Shown here one piece after another: positions 11,683 to 23,537 of a stretch of DNA of 64,000 bases. This stretch comes from an uncultured Methanoregulaceae archaeon (lineage in GTDB: Archaea; Halobacteriota; Methanomicrobia; Methanomicrobiales; Methanospirillaceae): contig OY970343.1 in NCBI GenBank assembly GCA_963717525.1, forward strand, positions 352,001-416,000. Reading direction: 5' to 3'. The notes under the pieces are model-generated. The model was not told the DNA's origin and searched no databases. It saw only the letters and a program-made list of their open reading frames with translations. Every line of letters starts with the position of its first letter. The first letter of the stretch is position 1. The translations under genes were made by a program, and so were the position numbers.

Positions 11683-12740
11683 AAGAACACCTGTGAACCG
11701 TCCCCGAGGACGAATGATTTCCCCTGTTTTGCCGGGTCCTGCTTTTTCAGGATAACGTTCTTGCCAATAAGGCTGTCGGACATGCTGTCGACATGGTCGA
11801 TAATCCCCCCTTCCATCACGATCGAATTGCTGATATGTGATGCAGTAATGTGTGATGTATCGCCAATACTCGTGAACGGCCCGATCGTACTTCCGGAGAT
11901 TATGCAATCCTTCCCGATGACGACGGGTCCGGTGATAATGGAATTGTCCCGGATGAACGTATTTTTTCCGATCTTCACCGCCCCCGTAATTGTCCCGGAT
12001 TCCAGGATGCCGGCATTATCGGTTTCGATCAGATCAAGAATGAGCCGGTTTGCCTCGAGGATATCTTCCGTCCTCCCGGTATCCTTCCACCAGCCCTGTA
12101 CCATACCGTACCGCACATTATAACCGTTCTCAATCAGCCAGTGGAGGGCATCCGTAATCTCAAGTTCTCCCCGCCACGAGGGTGTTATATTTTCTATCGC
12201 TTCAAAAATGCGGGGAGTCAGACCATAAATGCCTACTACAGAAAGGTTGCTTGGGGGATTTTTTGGTTTTTCCACGAGCTTGACAATAATTTTTTTCTGT
12301 TCATCAACCAGTGCCACCCCATATTGCCGGGGATCTTCAACCTCGGTCAGGAGAATGCTCGCATCCACGTTCGAATCGGCAAAATCCCGGATGAAATCAG
12401 CACTCCCCCCCTTAAGGAGGTTGTCGCCGAGGTACATGATAAAATTATTATTTCCGATAAAGTCCCGGGAAATTTTTACCGCATGGGCAAGGCCACGGGG
12501 GGCATCCTGGACAATAAAATCGATTCGTGCATCCCATTCTGCACTCCTGACGGTCTCCATAACCTGCTCTTTGTTTGGACCTACAATAATTGCAATATCG
12601 TGAATTCCTGCATTGATGAGATCTTCAATACAATAAAACAGGATGGGTTTATTTGCAACCGGGATGAGCTGCTTCTGCTGGGAATAGGTAATCGGACGCA
12701 GGCGGGTGCCGTGACCCCCGGAGAGAATTAAACCTTTCAT
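11679..12740 (-). CDS. glucose-1-phosphate thymidylyltransferase, long form
   Basis: MKGLILSGGHGTRLRPIT, KQLIPVANKP, YLGDN, VEKP, RGELEITD, WKDTG and C-terminal LbH repeats. Confidence 0.92.
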   Translation of the reverse strand: MKGLILSGGHGTRLRPITYSQQKQLIPVANKPILFYCIEDLINAGIHDIAIIVGPNKEQVMETVRSAEWDARIDFIVQDAPRGLAHAVKISRDFIGNNNFIMYLGDNLLKGGSADFIRDFADSNVDASILLTEVEDPRQYGVALVDEQKKIIVKLVEKPKNPPSNLSVVGIYGLTPRIFEAIENITPSWRGELEITDALHWLIENGYNVRYGMVQGWWKDTGRTEDILEANRLILDLIETDNAGILESGTITGAVKIGKNTFIRDNSIITGPVVIGKDCIISGSTIGPFTSIGDTSHITASHISNSIVMEGGIIDHVDSMSDSLIGKNVILKKQDPAKQGKSFVLGDGSQVFL

Positions 12741-12862
12741 TGAAAAATAATATGTTATCGGAAACCTATAAACGTACTTACCATAGAATTGGCTCAGAAA
12801 TTTATGAAACAATTATTACGTCCAAAGCTCTTTGAGCTCTGGGATTATGGAGTTGAATATAC

Positions 12863-14710
12863 ATGAAAAATAATGAATTAATCATCGCAATTTCACCGAA
12901 TACAATATCAGAGCGGGACTTTATGGCAAAGGCCCGTCCTGTAAAATGGGTATATTTTGGAAAAAATTATCTCTCTAAAATTGCGTTTAAAAACACCCTT
13001 AACGATATATTTTCAGAGGTGGATATATCAAGACCGCTTGATAAAGTTGCAGATGAGATCCGATCAGACCATGTCAGGTGGATTGACGGAATCAGTCAGA
13101 CCTACGGCGCAGAACTTGAATGGTGGTTTGGAAATATCGCATCAAGGAATATCTATCAAAGCGATTTATTCCAGTACTGCTGTTATCTCGTCCTTTTAGA
13201 AAAAATATGGAAAGACCAGAATACACGACCTTCACTTATTGTGGTTGACTCTCCCGGTCTTGCATTAGCAATAAAGCATTGGGGTCAGGAAAGGAAGATC
13301 CCCCTCTCTATGCGTGGATACCATAAAATTTACTCAAAAAATTTTTTCAGTTCTGTCAGATTTACCTTGAGATGGCTCGATTTTGTCATCGTAATGATTA
13401 TGAGAAAAATTGCATCGGTTGTTATCAATAAAAACAACATAATAGAGAAATCGCATTCTTGTGGCATGGTTATGGTTAGTACCTTTGTGCATGATTCAAG
13501 TTTCACAGATTCAGGTAATTTTAACGATCGATATCTCCCCTACCTTTATGAATATATTAAAAAAAACAACAAAAGTGTCCTGATCCACCCTATTTTTCAT
13601 GGGTTCCGGTACAATTTTTTTACCATTTTTAAAAAAATTTCCCGGAGTACTGATGATTTTGTTATCCAGGAAAAATACTTAAAATTGTCGGATTATTTTC
13701 ACGCATGGATTTATCCGATCTATTTTTTAAAACAAAAAATAGTTGTCCCTCGTTTTCATGAATTTGATTTGACAAATATTATCAATGAAGATCAGATGAA
13801 CGTAGATATTCAAAATATGCTCCAGGCAATATTGACATTCCGGTTGATTCAAAAATTAAAAATACATGATTTAAAGCTAAATTTATTCATTGAATGGTAT
13901 GAGAATCAGACCCTGAACAGGGGAATTGAAGCCGGACTGCACAAAACGTTTCCAGGAGTGAAAACAATTGGTGCGCAGATTTTACTTCATTGTCCAAATT
14001 TTTTTAGTTTGTCTCCCTCCCCTTCAGAAGTTAGAGCAGGAATAGTGCCTGATGTTCTTCTAACAACAAGCTGTTACCAATGTGGCCTTGCGAGAGCATT
14101 CGACCCATCAATTCAATGCATTCCCGCCGCCTCCCTACGGTATGCACATGTATTTAGTGAAGAAAAAAAATCTGCTGTTGTAAGTTATTCGGATAAAAAA
14201 TTTGTCCTTTTACTTACATCATTTAATTATGATGAAACTATCGAACTGCTGCAAATGGTAACGGGAATACTGAAAGATCTTGATGACAATATAAATATTT
14301 ATATCAAGTTTCATCCGGATATCAGAACAGAAGAATTTCTAAACAAGTATCCAGTAATCCGAAGGGATCACCGTTATATGATATTTAATGGATCACTATC
14401 GGATGGAATTCGAGACGCCTCTACCGTTATATCCAATGGTTCGGGTTCTATCGTGGAAGCAATCGCGAAGGGAACACCGGCAATTTTTGTGGGGAATCAG
14501 AATAAACTTACCATAAATCCGTTATCCGGAATTACGTCACCCCTTTTTACTGTTTGCTATTCCAGTGATGAAGTACTCGCGGCATTATCGAAATATCTCA
14601 ATTTATCCGATATTGAACGAATTGAATACCGCAATCTGGGGAAATCAATACGGGATATTTTTTTCTTACCTGTAAATGACGACACACTTTCTCCCTTTTT
14701 AGCACCATAA
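12863..14710 (+). CDS. hypothetical surface-carbohydrate biosynthesis protein (GT-B-like C-terminus)
   Basis: 615-aa AT-rich ORF in the glycan cluster; EWYENQ, IKFHPD and SNGSGSIVEAIAKGTP motifs. Confidence 0.55.
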   Translation: MKNNELIIAISPNTISERDFMAKARPVKWVYFGKNYLSKIAFKNTLNDIFSEVDISRPLDKVADEIRSDHVRWIDGISQTYGAELEWWFGNIASRNIYQSDLFQYCCYLVLLEKIWKDQNTRPSLIVVDSPGLALAIKHWGQERKIPLSMRGYHKIYSKNFFSSVRFTLRWLDFVIVMIMRKIASVVINKNNIIEKSHSCGMVMVSTFVHDSSFTDSGNFNDRYLPYLYEYIKKNNKSVLIHPIFHGFRYNFFTIFKKISRSTDDFVIQEKYLKLSDYFHAWIYPIYFLKQKIVVPRFHEFDLTNIINEDQMNVDIQNMLQAILTFRLIQKLKIHDLKLNLFIEWYENQTLNRGIEAGLHKTFPGVKTIGAQILLHCPNFFSLSPSPSEVRAGIVPDVLLTTSCYQCGLARAFDPSIQCIPAASLRYAHVFSEEKKSAVVSYSDKKFVLLLTSFNYDETIELLQMVTGILKDLDDNINIYIKFHPDIRTEEFLNKYPVIRRDHRYMIFNGSLSDGIRDASTVISNGSGSIVEAIAKGTPAIFVGNQNKLTINPLSGITSPLFTVCYSSDEVLAALSKYLNLSDIERIEYRNLGKSIRDIFFLPVNDDTLSPFLAP

Positions 14711-14753
14711 AAGGCATTTTATCTATAAAGAGAACAAAGAGTTGAACGGTTTA

Positions 14754-16079
14754 ATGACAAAACAGCAATCTCTTCTCTATCTCATCAGACTCCTCAAATC
14801 ACCGTACCTGATAGGATTTTACCGGGGTCATGCTCACCTGACCGATGTACAGGTCGACAGGATTGGTGAACTTTTTTTCTCTCATGACCTCGAACTTCAG
14901 GCCCGGGTAGTCAGAAACTACGAAGACAGGTTCGCAAATCTGGTAGGTAATGGATACAGTTGCAGTTTTGCTTCCGGGAGAATGGCATTTTTTTCCCTGA
15001 TGCAGTCACGTGGTATTGGTACAGGAGATGAGGTGATTATTCCCGGATTTACCTGTTCAGTGGTAGCAAACGCAATCTTGAGGATCGGTGCAAAACCTGT
15101 CTATTCTGACATCGACCCTGATACTCTGGGATCAGATGCCTCTGCCATTGAGCGCTGTATTACATCGCATACCAAGATGATTGTGGCCCAGCACTCATTC
15201 GGGATACCCTGTAACATCGATGAAATCGCAGATCTGGCGAAGTCAAAAGGAATATTTCTTGTTGAGGACTCAGCTCTTGCGCTGGATTCGAGGATTCATG
15301 GCAAACCCGTTGGCACCTGGGGAGATGCTGCGTTTTTTTCAACAGATCACAGCAAACCTCTGAACACGATCATCGGGGGGATGCTGTATACGCCGGATAA
15401 AGATATTTTCGAAAATGTGAAACGAACGATGGGAAACATACCGGATCTCTCTGAACGACATCAGAAAAACCTTTACCGGCGGTTCATCTACGAACGAAAA
15501 AATTACGTTCCCTCCCGATATCCGCGGTCAATTATCCGGGAGAGTATCCGTGATTCCCTGGGAAGATTTTTCGGGAACCCCCCGGTTTTTCTAGAACGTG
15601 ATTATTCCACCCCGTCTTCAGATCCTTCCGCATATCCGTATCCTGCAAGAATGCCCGCATTTCTCGCACAATTAGGGCTTTTTGAGATAGAACGATGGAA
15701 AGATGAGAAAAACAAAAGGAAAATGCTGCTCCGTAAGTACCTTAACAATGCTGAAATTGCGCGGGATCGGATCCGGATTCCGGATGCCTATCATGATCCG
15801 GAGAAAGAGATCGTCCCGCTTCGGTTTATTTTCAGATCTCCGCACGCGGATCTGTTAAGAAATAAATTTAAGCATTACATAGACGTGAAGGCAATGTGGT
15901 TCCTCGAACCACTGGTCTGTTGCCCTGAAGGTCCTCATATTTTGGGGTACCGGAATGGTGACTGTACCAATGCTGAATCGGTCTGCTCTGATATTTTGAA
16001 CATGCCCTGCGTTTTACCCGAAGGTTGGGACAAACGCGCAGTTTCCGTCTTTCATGATATTTTATCAGCTAGCAAATAA
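14754..16079 (+). CDS. DegT-family PLP-dependent aminotransferase-like protein
   Basis: FASGRMA, GFTCSVV, AQHSFG, VEDSALA and FSTDHSKPL. Confidence 0.8.
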   Translation: MTKQQSLLYLIRLLKSPYLIGFYRGHAHLTDVQVDRIGELFFSHDLELQARVVRNYEDRFANLVGNGYSCSFASGRMAFFSLMQSRGIGTGDEVIIPGFTCSVVANAILRIGAKPVYSDIDPDTLGSDASAIERCITSHTKMIVAQHSFGIPCNIDEIADLAKSKGIFLVEDSALALDSRIHGKPVGTWGDAAFFSTDHSKPLNTIIGGMLYTPDKDIFENVKRTMGNIPDLSERHQKNLYRRFIYERKNYVPSRYPRSIIRESIRDSLGRFFGNPPVFLERDYSTPSSDPSAYPYPARMPAFLAQLGLFEIERWKDEKNKRKMLLRKYLNNAEIARDRIRIPDAYHDPEKEIVPLRFIFRSPHADLLRNKFKHYIDVKAMWFLEPLVCCPEGPHILGYRNGDCTNAESVCSDILNMPCVLPEGWDKRAVSVFHDILSASK

Positions 16080-16118
16080 AGAATATTGGTGAAAAATCAG
16101 TGGTGGAGCACCAGTTCG

Positions 16119-17051
16119 ATGAAGAGTTCAATTCCCGTTGCAATAACTATCCGTTCATTCAATCTTTCAGGTCCTGCTTTTAAAAAACTGGAAGAAAATT
16201 GTACCTTGTCTTTCATCAATAAAACCGGCGAACGGTTATCCGAAACGGATTTGATGAAAGCATTGGCAAATGTTCAGGGAGTAATTGCCGGCACAGAAAT
16301 CTTCTCCCGCCGGGTCATCGATCAGTGCAACAGTCTGAAGGTGATCTCACGTGTTGGGGTAGGGATCGATTCGATCGATCTGGGGGCGGCACAGGAGAAG
16401 GGGATCCGAATAGTCACAACACCCGATTCACCCGTCCAATCCGTTGCAGAGCATACCCTGGCACTGGCCCTTTGCGTACTGAAAAACATCCCTCGGTATA
16501 ACGAGCAGATGCGGAAGAAGAATCATGCAGTTACTGCCGGTACCCTCCTCTCTGAAAAAACGGTCGGAATCGCCGGAATGGGAAGGATCGGGACACGAGT
16601 TGCAGAGCTGTTTGAATGTCTCGGTTGCCACATCTTCTTTTATGATCCGATGGTTACACGACAGACCCCTTCGGCATGGAAACGGGTGGATTCAATCGAA
16701 GATCTGGTGGAATGTTCTGATATTGTAAGCATTCATGCCACACCGCAAGCTGATGGCTCACCACTGATTGATGCCAACGTGCTGTCACATGCGAACGGAA
16801 TTACCCTTATTAATACAGCACGGGGAACATTAATTGACGAACAATCACTTATATCTGCGTTATCATCAGGAAAGGTGAAGGCGGCGGCCCTAGACGTGTT
16901 CCCCTCAGAACCCTACTCAGGGGGGCTCCTTTCATTCCCTCAGGTCATTGCAACACCGCATGTTGCTTCCAATACCGTTAAATCACGTCTGCAGATGGAG
17001 ATGGAGTCAGTGAATAACCTCATAAAATCGCTGAAGGATGCAGGTTTATGA
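16119..17051 (+). CDS. D-isomer-specific 2-hydroxyacid dehydrogenase (phosphoglycerate dehydrogenase-like)
   Basis: SRVGVGID, VAEH, GMGRIG, INTARG, ALDVFPSEP and TPHVAS. Confidence 0.88.
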   Translation: MKSSIPVAITIRSFNLSGPAFKKLEENCTLSFINKTGERLSETDLMKALANVQGVIAGTEIFSRRVIDQCNSLKVISRVGVGIDSIDLGAAQEKGIRIVTTPDSPVQSVAEHTLALALCVLKNIPRYNEQMRKKNHAVTAGTLLSEKTVGIAGMGRIGTRVAELFECLGCHIFFYDPMVTRQTPSAWKRVDSIEDLVECSDIVSIHATPQADGSPLIDANVLSHANGITLINTARGTLIDEQSLISALSSGKVKAAALDVFPSEPYSGGLLSFPQVIATPHVASNTVKSRLQMEMESVNNLIKSLKDAGL

Positions 17052-17972
17052 AAGCGCTGGTCACCGGGGGATCCGGATTTCTCGGGCATCATATTGTCAA
17101 AGAACTGGTAAAACACCGTATTGAGACCGTTATCTACGATCTCAATGAACCATCAGGGGTTCCGGCTGAAGGAAATATTCGTTCGCTTTGTAAATATGTC
17201 AAGGGAGATGTACTTGACTACGAAAAAATCACTGAGGCCATGAAGGGGTGCGATTATGTCTTCCATACTGCTGCAATCGCAGATGTAGATCAGGCACGGA
17301 AAATCCCCCGAAAAACAATGGAAGTGAATGTCATCGGCACGACCAACTGCCTTGAGGCAGCAAAGGAATTGGACGTACGAGCGTTTTCTCTTCGCAAGCA
17401 CGGTCTATGTCTCTGGCAATCGGGGGTCATTTTACCGTCTCTCAAAACAGACATGTGAATCATTGTGCAAGACGTACCATGAAGAGTTCGGAGTTGAATA
17501 TACGATTCTTCGTTACGGAAGCCTGTATGGCAGGGAACCGAACCATTGGAACTTCATTTATGGCGTGTGCAAATCCCTGTTGACTACCGGCGAATTCAAT
17601 TATTCGAGCTCCTCGGATGCGGTCCGGGAATATATTCACATCAGTGATGCAGCGCGAGAGACAGCACGAATTGCGGACGATCAGCAGTTTGCCAATAAGG
17701 CAGTCCTGATCACCGGTCACCAGAGAATGAAAATGGGTGAATTTTTTGATATGGTTCAGGAAATCCTCGGGAAGGAGATCAAAATTCATTACGCACCTTC
17801 CGATAACAGTCCACATTATATAATAACTCCTTACTCTTTCGAGATTGATGTCCCGGTCCGAATAAATCTCTCAACCTACATTGATATCAGCGAGGGAATA
17901 CTGGACTGCCTCAAAGAAGTTCAGAAAGAACTCGATCAGAGAAAATGTGATTTTTTGTCGGAAATAAAATAG
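17048..17972 (+). CDS. NAD-dependent epimerase/dehydratase (apparent frameshift ~17380)
   Basis: TGGSGFLG, ASTVYV, YRLSK (YxxxK), LRYGSLYG and REYIH. Confidence 0.85.
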
Positions 17973-17992
17973 AACGGGAGTCATCCGGATTT

Positions 17993-18765
17993 TCAGGATC
18001 GGGGATACCTGCTCATCAGAGTATCATTTTCCATGCATTTCTTCACAAATTCTAAATCGTCAGGAGTGTCGACACTGTAAGTGCGGTGATCAGACATCAC
18101 CATTTTCACTTTATCGCCGTGCTCAAGAACTCTGAGCATATCAACAGATTCGATTATTTCCAGTGGCGTGGGTGCCATGTTGTTGAATTGCAGGAGGAAA
18201 TCTCTTCTGAAAGGGATAATACACACCTGTTTGAGCATGGGTACCTGCAGCGCTCCTTTTTCCTTGAGGGAATGGGTTCACGAGAAAAGTATAGTGCAAA
18301 ACTCTTTTGATCGACAACAACTTTCACTTCGTTGGGATCCTCATGCTCTTCTGGAGTGTCGAGCCGGGACATAAGGTTTACTACCTGAATTTCCGGGTCG
18401 TTCCTGCATGGGGCCGATCGCATCGTCAATCATAGGGGATCAATCATCGGCTCATCACCTTGAATCATGACCACGATATCGATTTTTTTATTATAATTTC
18501 TTTCAATCTTTTGCATCGCTTCCGCAGCACGATCGGAAGCCCGTTCATGTGACGCAAGTGTCATAATTGCTGGGGCACCGATCATTTCGGCATATTTCAT
18601 GATTTCATCGTCACAAGTCGCGATGAATACTTCGCTGAGGAGACCTGACATTTTACTCCGGTAGTATACATGGCCGATCATCGGGATGCCATGAATTTTT
18701 GCGAGTGGCTTACCCGGGAATCGCGACGATGCCATCCTTGCTGGGATGATACCGATAATATGCAT
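17993..18765 (-). CDS. kdsB: 3-deoxy-manno-octulosonate cytidylyltransferase-like (apparent frameshifts ~18430, ~18250)
   Basis: IIPARMASSRFPGKPL, IQGDEP, DPNEVKVV, ALYFSREPIP, LEIIESVDMLRVLE and SVDTPDD. Confidence 0.85.
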
Positions 18766-18819
18766 AGAAAACATTTGTTTTAATAACAAAAAATTGTTGG
18801 GGGGATTGATTATCCGTTT

Positions 18820-19586
18820 TCACTCTTTTGCGTAACGAACTACATGGTGGGATTCTTCCTATTAGAAAGATCGAATCCATGCCAAGACCGATGAACGTGA
18901 AACCTGTGGCCCGTTTTTCCTGAAGTTCATGTTTTGAAGGATGGACAATATGTATACCTAAAGCAACCGATGATTTCTTCACTTGATTGATGATCAATTG
19001 AATAGCATTCTTGAATTTAGGGTGATCGAATTTTCCGGGAACCCAAGAGAACCGGATAGATCATATGGTCCGATAATAATCGCATCAATGCCAGGCACTT
19101 GGAGGATCTCATCGAGGTTTTTCAGAGCATCAATGTGTTCGATTTGGATGACTACAATGCTGCGATTGTTGATCGTCTGAACATATTCGTCAAAGTTAAG
19201 ACCGAAATTGTGTGCCCTCCCAAGGCCAAAACTCCTTTTCCCCAAGGGAGGGTATTTGACTGCATTCACCGCCATTTCGGGCTTCTTCGGCAGTGTTAAC
19301 CATCGGGACTATTACTCCTGCCGGCCCCGGCATCCATCACCCTGCGTATTGTGCTATCATCGTTACCTTGTAACCGAACAAGCGGAATCGTGCCGCAACA
19401 ATCTATTACCTGAATTAGTCTATAAACCGTTTCAAGATCAATCAATCCGTGTTCAAGATCAATTGCTAACCAATCGAATCCGGACCGGGCCATAATTTCC
19501 GTTGTAAAAACATTGGGAATCTGGATCCAGCTTCCAAAGGTCATTTTTTTTTCAGAGATATCGTTTTTTACTTTTTTAATATCCAT
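18820..19586 (-). CDS. HpcH/HpaI class II pyruvate aldolase (several apparent frameshifts)
   Basis: GFDWLAIDLEHG, PLVR, RVMDAGA, KYPPLGKRSFG, VIQIEH and IIGPYDLS across ORFs 19296-19586, 18994-19275 and 18710-18997. Confidence 0.85.
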
Positions 19587-19747
19587 AATTTAGAGTAGTA
19601 TGTACGCAACATAATAATAAATCGCAATTCTCCGGATTTCCCGTGGATCGTGTCACAGTTAAAGGGAAACCCTACATCCGGCCAACGTGGATTTAGGGAC
19701 ATATAAATAATAAACACTCATAGGTTTTATTACCGGTGGAAGGTAAA

Positions 19748-20158
19748 ATGGGCACGACTTTTTCCCGATTTTTTGCATTATCCTGCAATGAAAAAATTCG
19801 TTTTGCCGTTTATTTTTTATGCAATTTTTATCACGATATGATATATTCGATAATAAACCTGATCAATATTATCCGTCTCCGATCGTCCGGGGTAATGGTC
19901 GGGAAAGGATTTTCTTGGGCAGGCACGCTTCCCGAGAAGAGACGGGACTGCTGCGATACTGATTCTGATGGCGATATACATATCGGAAAGAACTGCTGGA
20001 TCGGCATGAATACTGTCATCCTTAAGGGAGTGACTATCGGTTACAACAGCATTATCGGTGCGGGGAGTGTTGTCAACTCGGATATTCCCGCGAGATTTGC
20101 TTGCTGCGGGTTACCCGCAAAAGTCGTAAAAAAATATCATCGTGGTGAACTGACATAA
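19748..20158 (+). pseudogene. hexapeptide-repeat acetyltransferase, internally shortened
   Basis: IHIGKNCWIGMNTVILKGVTIGYNSIIGAGSVV...GLPAKVVK; the central LbH part appears missing. Confidence 0.6.
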
Positions 20159-21127
20159 AGGAAGAAGCGATTGGAGAATCTTTATAATGATTACTCGCGA
20201 TCGCAGAGAATGATGTGAAAACATTTTTTTTAGCCTCATTCCGGTACGTTCCCTGCCCTGCGTGCGGAGCGACCGAACGCTCGTTACCGGTTCTGGAAAA
20301 TGGGATTTGATTACGAGGAATGCAATGCATGCGGAACGTTATATGTCAACCCGCGTCCCCCGCTGGAAGCATTCCAGCGTTATTACAGCGATTCCCCTTC
20401 GGTAAACTTCTGGGCTACACACTTCTACCGTGAGACCGAAGAGGCCCGCCGGATTAAACTAGTAAGGCCGAAAGACGATGTATTGAAAAAATCAAGACAA
20501 TACTCGGGAAAGCCACAGGGTGGGTCTGTCATTCTTGATATTCGTTCGGATATGGTGTCCTGTGCGAGGAACTTATCCGCATCCTGCCGGCGCGATGCAC
20601 AGTTGCCGGAATTGAACCGTCCCTTGCGCTTGCGAAGGTCTGCCGGGAAAAAGGGATCACAACCATCCAGAAACAGATGGAGGATGTTGATCCTGCCGAC
20701 CTTCCCGGGGGAGCCGTAGTTGCAGCCATATCTTTTGAGCTGCTGGAGCAACAGCACAATCCCCCCAACTGAAAGCATGCCACCGGGTACTTCCAAAAGG
20801 GGCGCTCCTTATCCCGAAAACTCTGAAAGGCAGTTTTGATTTGCTGGTCCTCGGGTCCCGATTCAAACCATTAATCCCCCACACGATATAATCTTTATTA
20901 ACGCATAATGATTTAACATTGCTTCTGGAACGTGATCGATTGTTGTGAAGTGACTACCCCGGGAAAATCATGACGTTGACATTGCAGCAAAACAGACGAC
21001 AGATGTGAAGGATTGCTTTATCAGGAGCATCCTTTCTTCGGATACCGCAACACGTGAAGCATTCCAGGCAGTTCTTGCCTCTACCGGTCTTTCATCCCAT
21101 ATGATGGTTGTTGCAAGAAAACGGTAG
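20155..21127 (+). pseudogene. class I SAM methyltransferase with N-terminal Zn ribbon, many indels
   Basis: Fragments CPACG, ECNACGTLYVNPRP, FELLE and C-terminal SSHMMVVARKR*; no continuous frame. Confidence 0.6.
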
Positions 21128-21385
21128 CCTTCATTTGTTCACCTAATATCTTCAAAATTGATGGCATTATATCCGATTCTCCGTTATTAAAAATGATTAA
21201 ATCCTAGTCAAATTATTAATCCCCTAAACGACCCTTTAATATAAAAATAAGATTTCTTCTCTTTGAAATCTTTGAGAGAAATACGAAATTATTTCTTTAT
21301 TGATCTGATCGATTGATTTTTTCATCTAGGTCCAATAATTTATTGATAAGTCCAAACATCCTTATTTTATCATAATATCCTGTTC

Positions 21386-21823
21386 CTATTCCCGTATAAT
21401 TTGTTTTTTGGGTTTACAGGGATTGCCCACAGCCATAACATTTTCTGGAATAACTATTGTAACGATGCTACCACCAAAAACTGAACCCGAACCGATTGTC
21501 ACGTTGGGGAGAACTACACAATTGGCGGCTATCCATACGTTATCGTAAATTACAATTTTCCCGGAAATGTGCCCTGTTCTTTTGACATAGTCATGATTGG
21601 ATGCCCTTATAACGAGTTCATGCCGAAGAAACATTGTTACCGAAAATGATCTCTCCACCATGAGATGCCATCATAACATTATGATTAAAGAAAGATTGCA
21701 TCAGAATAATGTTCTCACAAGTTTCACCATCGACCGAATAGGCATTCATGAGAAAAATTTCATGCTCACACCGATAAAATCAAGTCGGTAGTTCCAGTAA
21801 ATGCGTTTAATACGATCGAACAT
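21386..21823 (-). pseudogene. hexapeptide-repeat O-acetyltransferase, frameshifted
   Basis: IRASNHDY...IVIYDNVWIAANCVVLPNVTIGSGSV...VGNPCK; ATG at 21823 preceded by GAGGAAG. Confidence 0.6.
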
Positions 21824-21874
21824 GGTAACTTCCTCTTCTTTGGTTAGCTTTTGATATTCATCTGATCTAAAGAA

Positions 21875-22705
21875 CTAATATAATATCGCTGCGAGATCGC
21901 GTTCCAGTGATATCCAGCCATCAATTGCTGACCCTCTTGTTAGGATGAATACCGTCGGGTAAATATGTGTATATTAATGGCATCGAATTCCCATTATCAA
22001 GGATGGAATCCAATGAATCATACATTTTCACATAAAAAATACTCCTGCTATCAAGGGCAGATTCAAGAGATTGTATGCTCGCAGTCTGGTTCTCTAAAGT
22101 ATAACTTAAATACCCCGAACGTTTCGTGAGAATTGGAATACATGGAATTGGGATAGTCCCATTTTATTTGACAAAATTGTAGATTATCAAATAATCATCG
22201 AAAATTTCGTGTTTGTTCTGATACTGAATAGTTTCGATACCATTCGTAAAATGAAAAAAAAAAATCTCATCTTTCGGAATAATGTATTTGATATTTGCCG
22301 CCCCATTGTCCTATATATCCATCATAGTTTTGAATATAAACCGGGAAGAAATTGCCGGGTCATCTGGGAAATATAACTGTCTGATCCATCTGGGTTCAGC
22401 CCCTCAACACCTGTGGCTCGGGTGATGCTGTCACCATAAGCGTAAAAATCAATCTTGTTATACTCAAGAATATCGACTTGGCTTTCCAGATTATCAATTC
22501 TTGTCTCTTGGTTGTCAACAATTACCCACACATAGCCGTGTTGCATTCGTATGTCTTAAGTGATGAAGCGAGTCACCATTTTGCTGCTCGATCTGAATGA
22601 TCTGGTATTGCTGGAAACAGATCATGATTGCCAGAAGGATTGCAATGACTGAAATGAGGATAATGATTGTTTATTTTTTCTGAGATCAAAAACATCACGC
22701 ACCAT
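21875..22705 (-). pseudogene. membrane-anchored SGNH/GDSL hydrolase, fragmented
   Basis: N-terminal hydrophobic stretch (IILISVIAILLAIMIC), block I YGDSIT (~22430) and block V PDGIHP (~21950) in different frames. Confidence 0.6.
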
Positions 22706-22886
22706 ATACAGATTAAAAAGAATTGTTCTTTTAACCCAAAAAAAGTTGCTAGATTAGAGGAACCGTTTATCCACTTTGGCCAACCCGTTTATGATCTCTC
22801 ATCAAATTAATAGAGCCCCTATAGAGCAAAAACAAATCCCTCAAATGATTTAACATAGTATACCGAACATATCTGTGGAAATCGGA

Positions 22887-23537
22887 ATGATTTCGATAAT
22901 AATCTTGGACTTCGACGGCGTCATTCTCGAATCAGTTTCAGTAAAAACCGAGGCGTTCCGGACACTCTTCTCCTTTGCACCTGAATATGTTGAGGAAATC
23001 GTACAGTTCCATAAAGACAACGGCGGAATGTCCCGGTTTGACAAATTCCGATATATCTTCGATCATATCCTGAAGAGAGAACTTGATCCGGATACATTTA
23101 ATGCGCTTTCAGAGAAATTTTCCATCCTCGTGTTTCAGGGTGTTGTAAATGCCCCGTTTGTACCTGGTGCCAGGGAGTTCCTTGAACACTGGTATGCTAC
23201 AATCCCGTTGTATATCGTATCTGCAACACCGGAGCCGGAACTCAGGGAGATCGTTCAGAAACGCAACCTCACGCTCTTCTTCAGGAATGTGTATGGTGCA
23301 CCAAGGAAAAAAGCCGAATGTATCAGTGAAATTTACACCACTTCCGGAATGCCGGCATCAGATATACTGTTCGTGGGGGATGCCCTCAACGATCTGGCAG
23401 CGGCGCGGGCATCTGGAGTAAAGTTCATCGGCAGGGTTGCAGCGGGGGAGATAAATATATTCAGAAACTGTCATGGCGTAGAGAGAGTCATAAAGGATTT
23501 AAACGAACTCTCCGAATTTCTCGAGGTTAGCGTATGA
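22887..23537 (+). CDS. HAD-family phosphatase
   Basis: DFDGVI motif I, VSAT motif II and FVGDALND motif IV. Confidence 0.88.
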   Translation: MISIIILDFDGVILESVSVKTEAFRTLFSFAPEYVEEIVQFHKDNGGMSRFDKFRYIFDHILKRELDPDTFNALSEKFSILVFQGVVNAPFVPGAREFLEHWYATIPLYIVSATPEPELREIVQKRNLTLFFRNVYGAPRKKAECISEIYTTSGMPASDILFVGDALNDLAAARASGVKFIGRVAAGEINIFRNCHGVERVIKDLNELSEFLEVSV

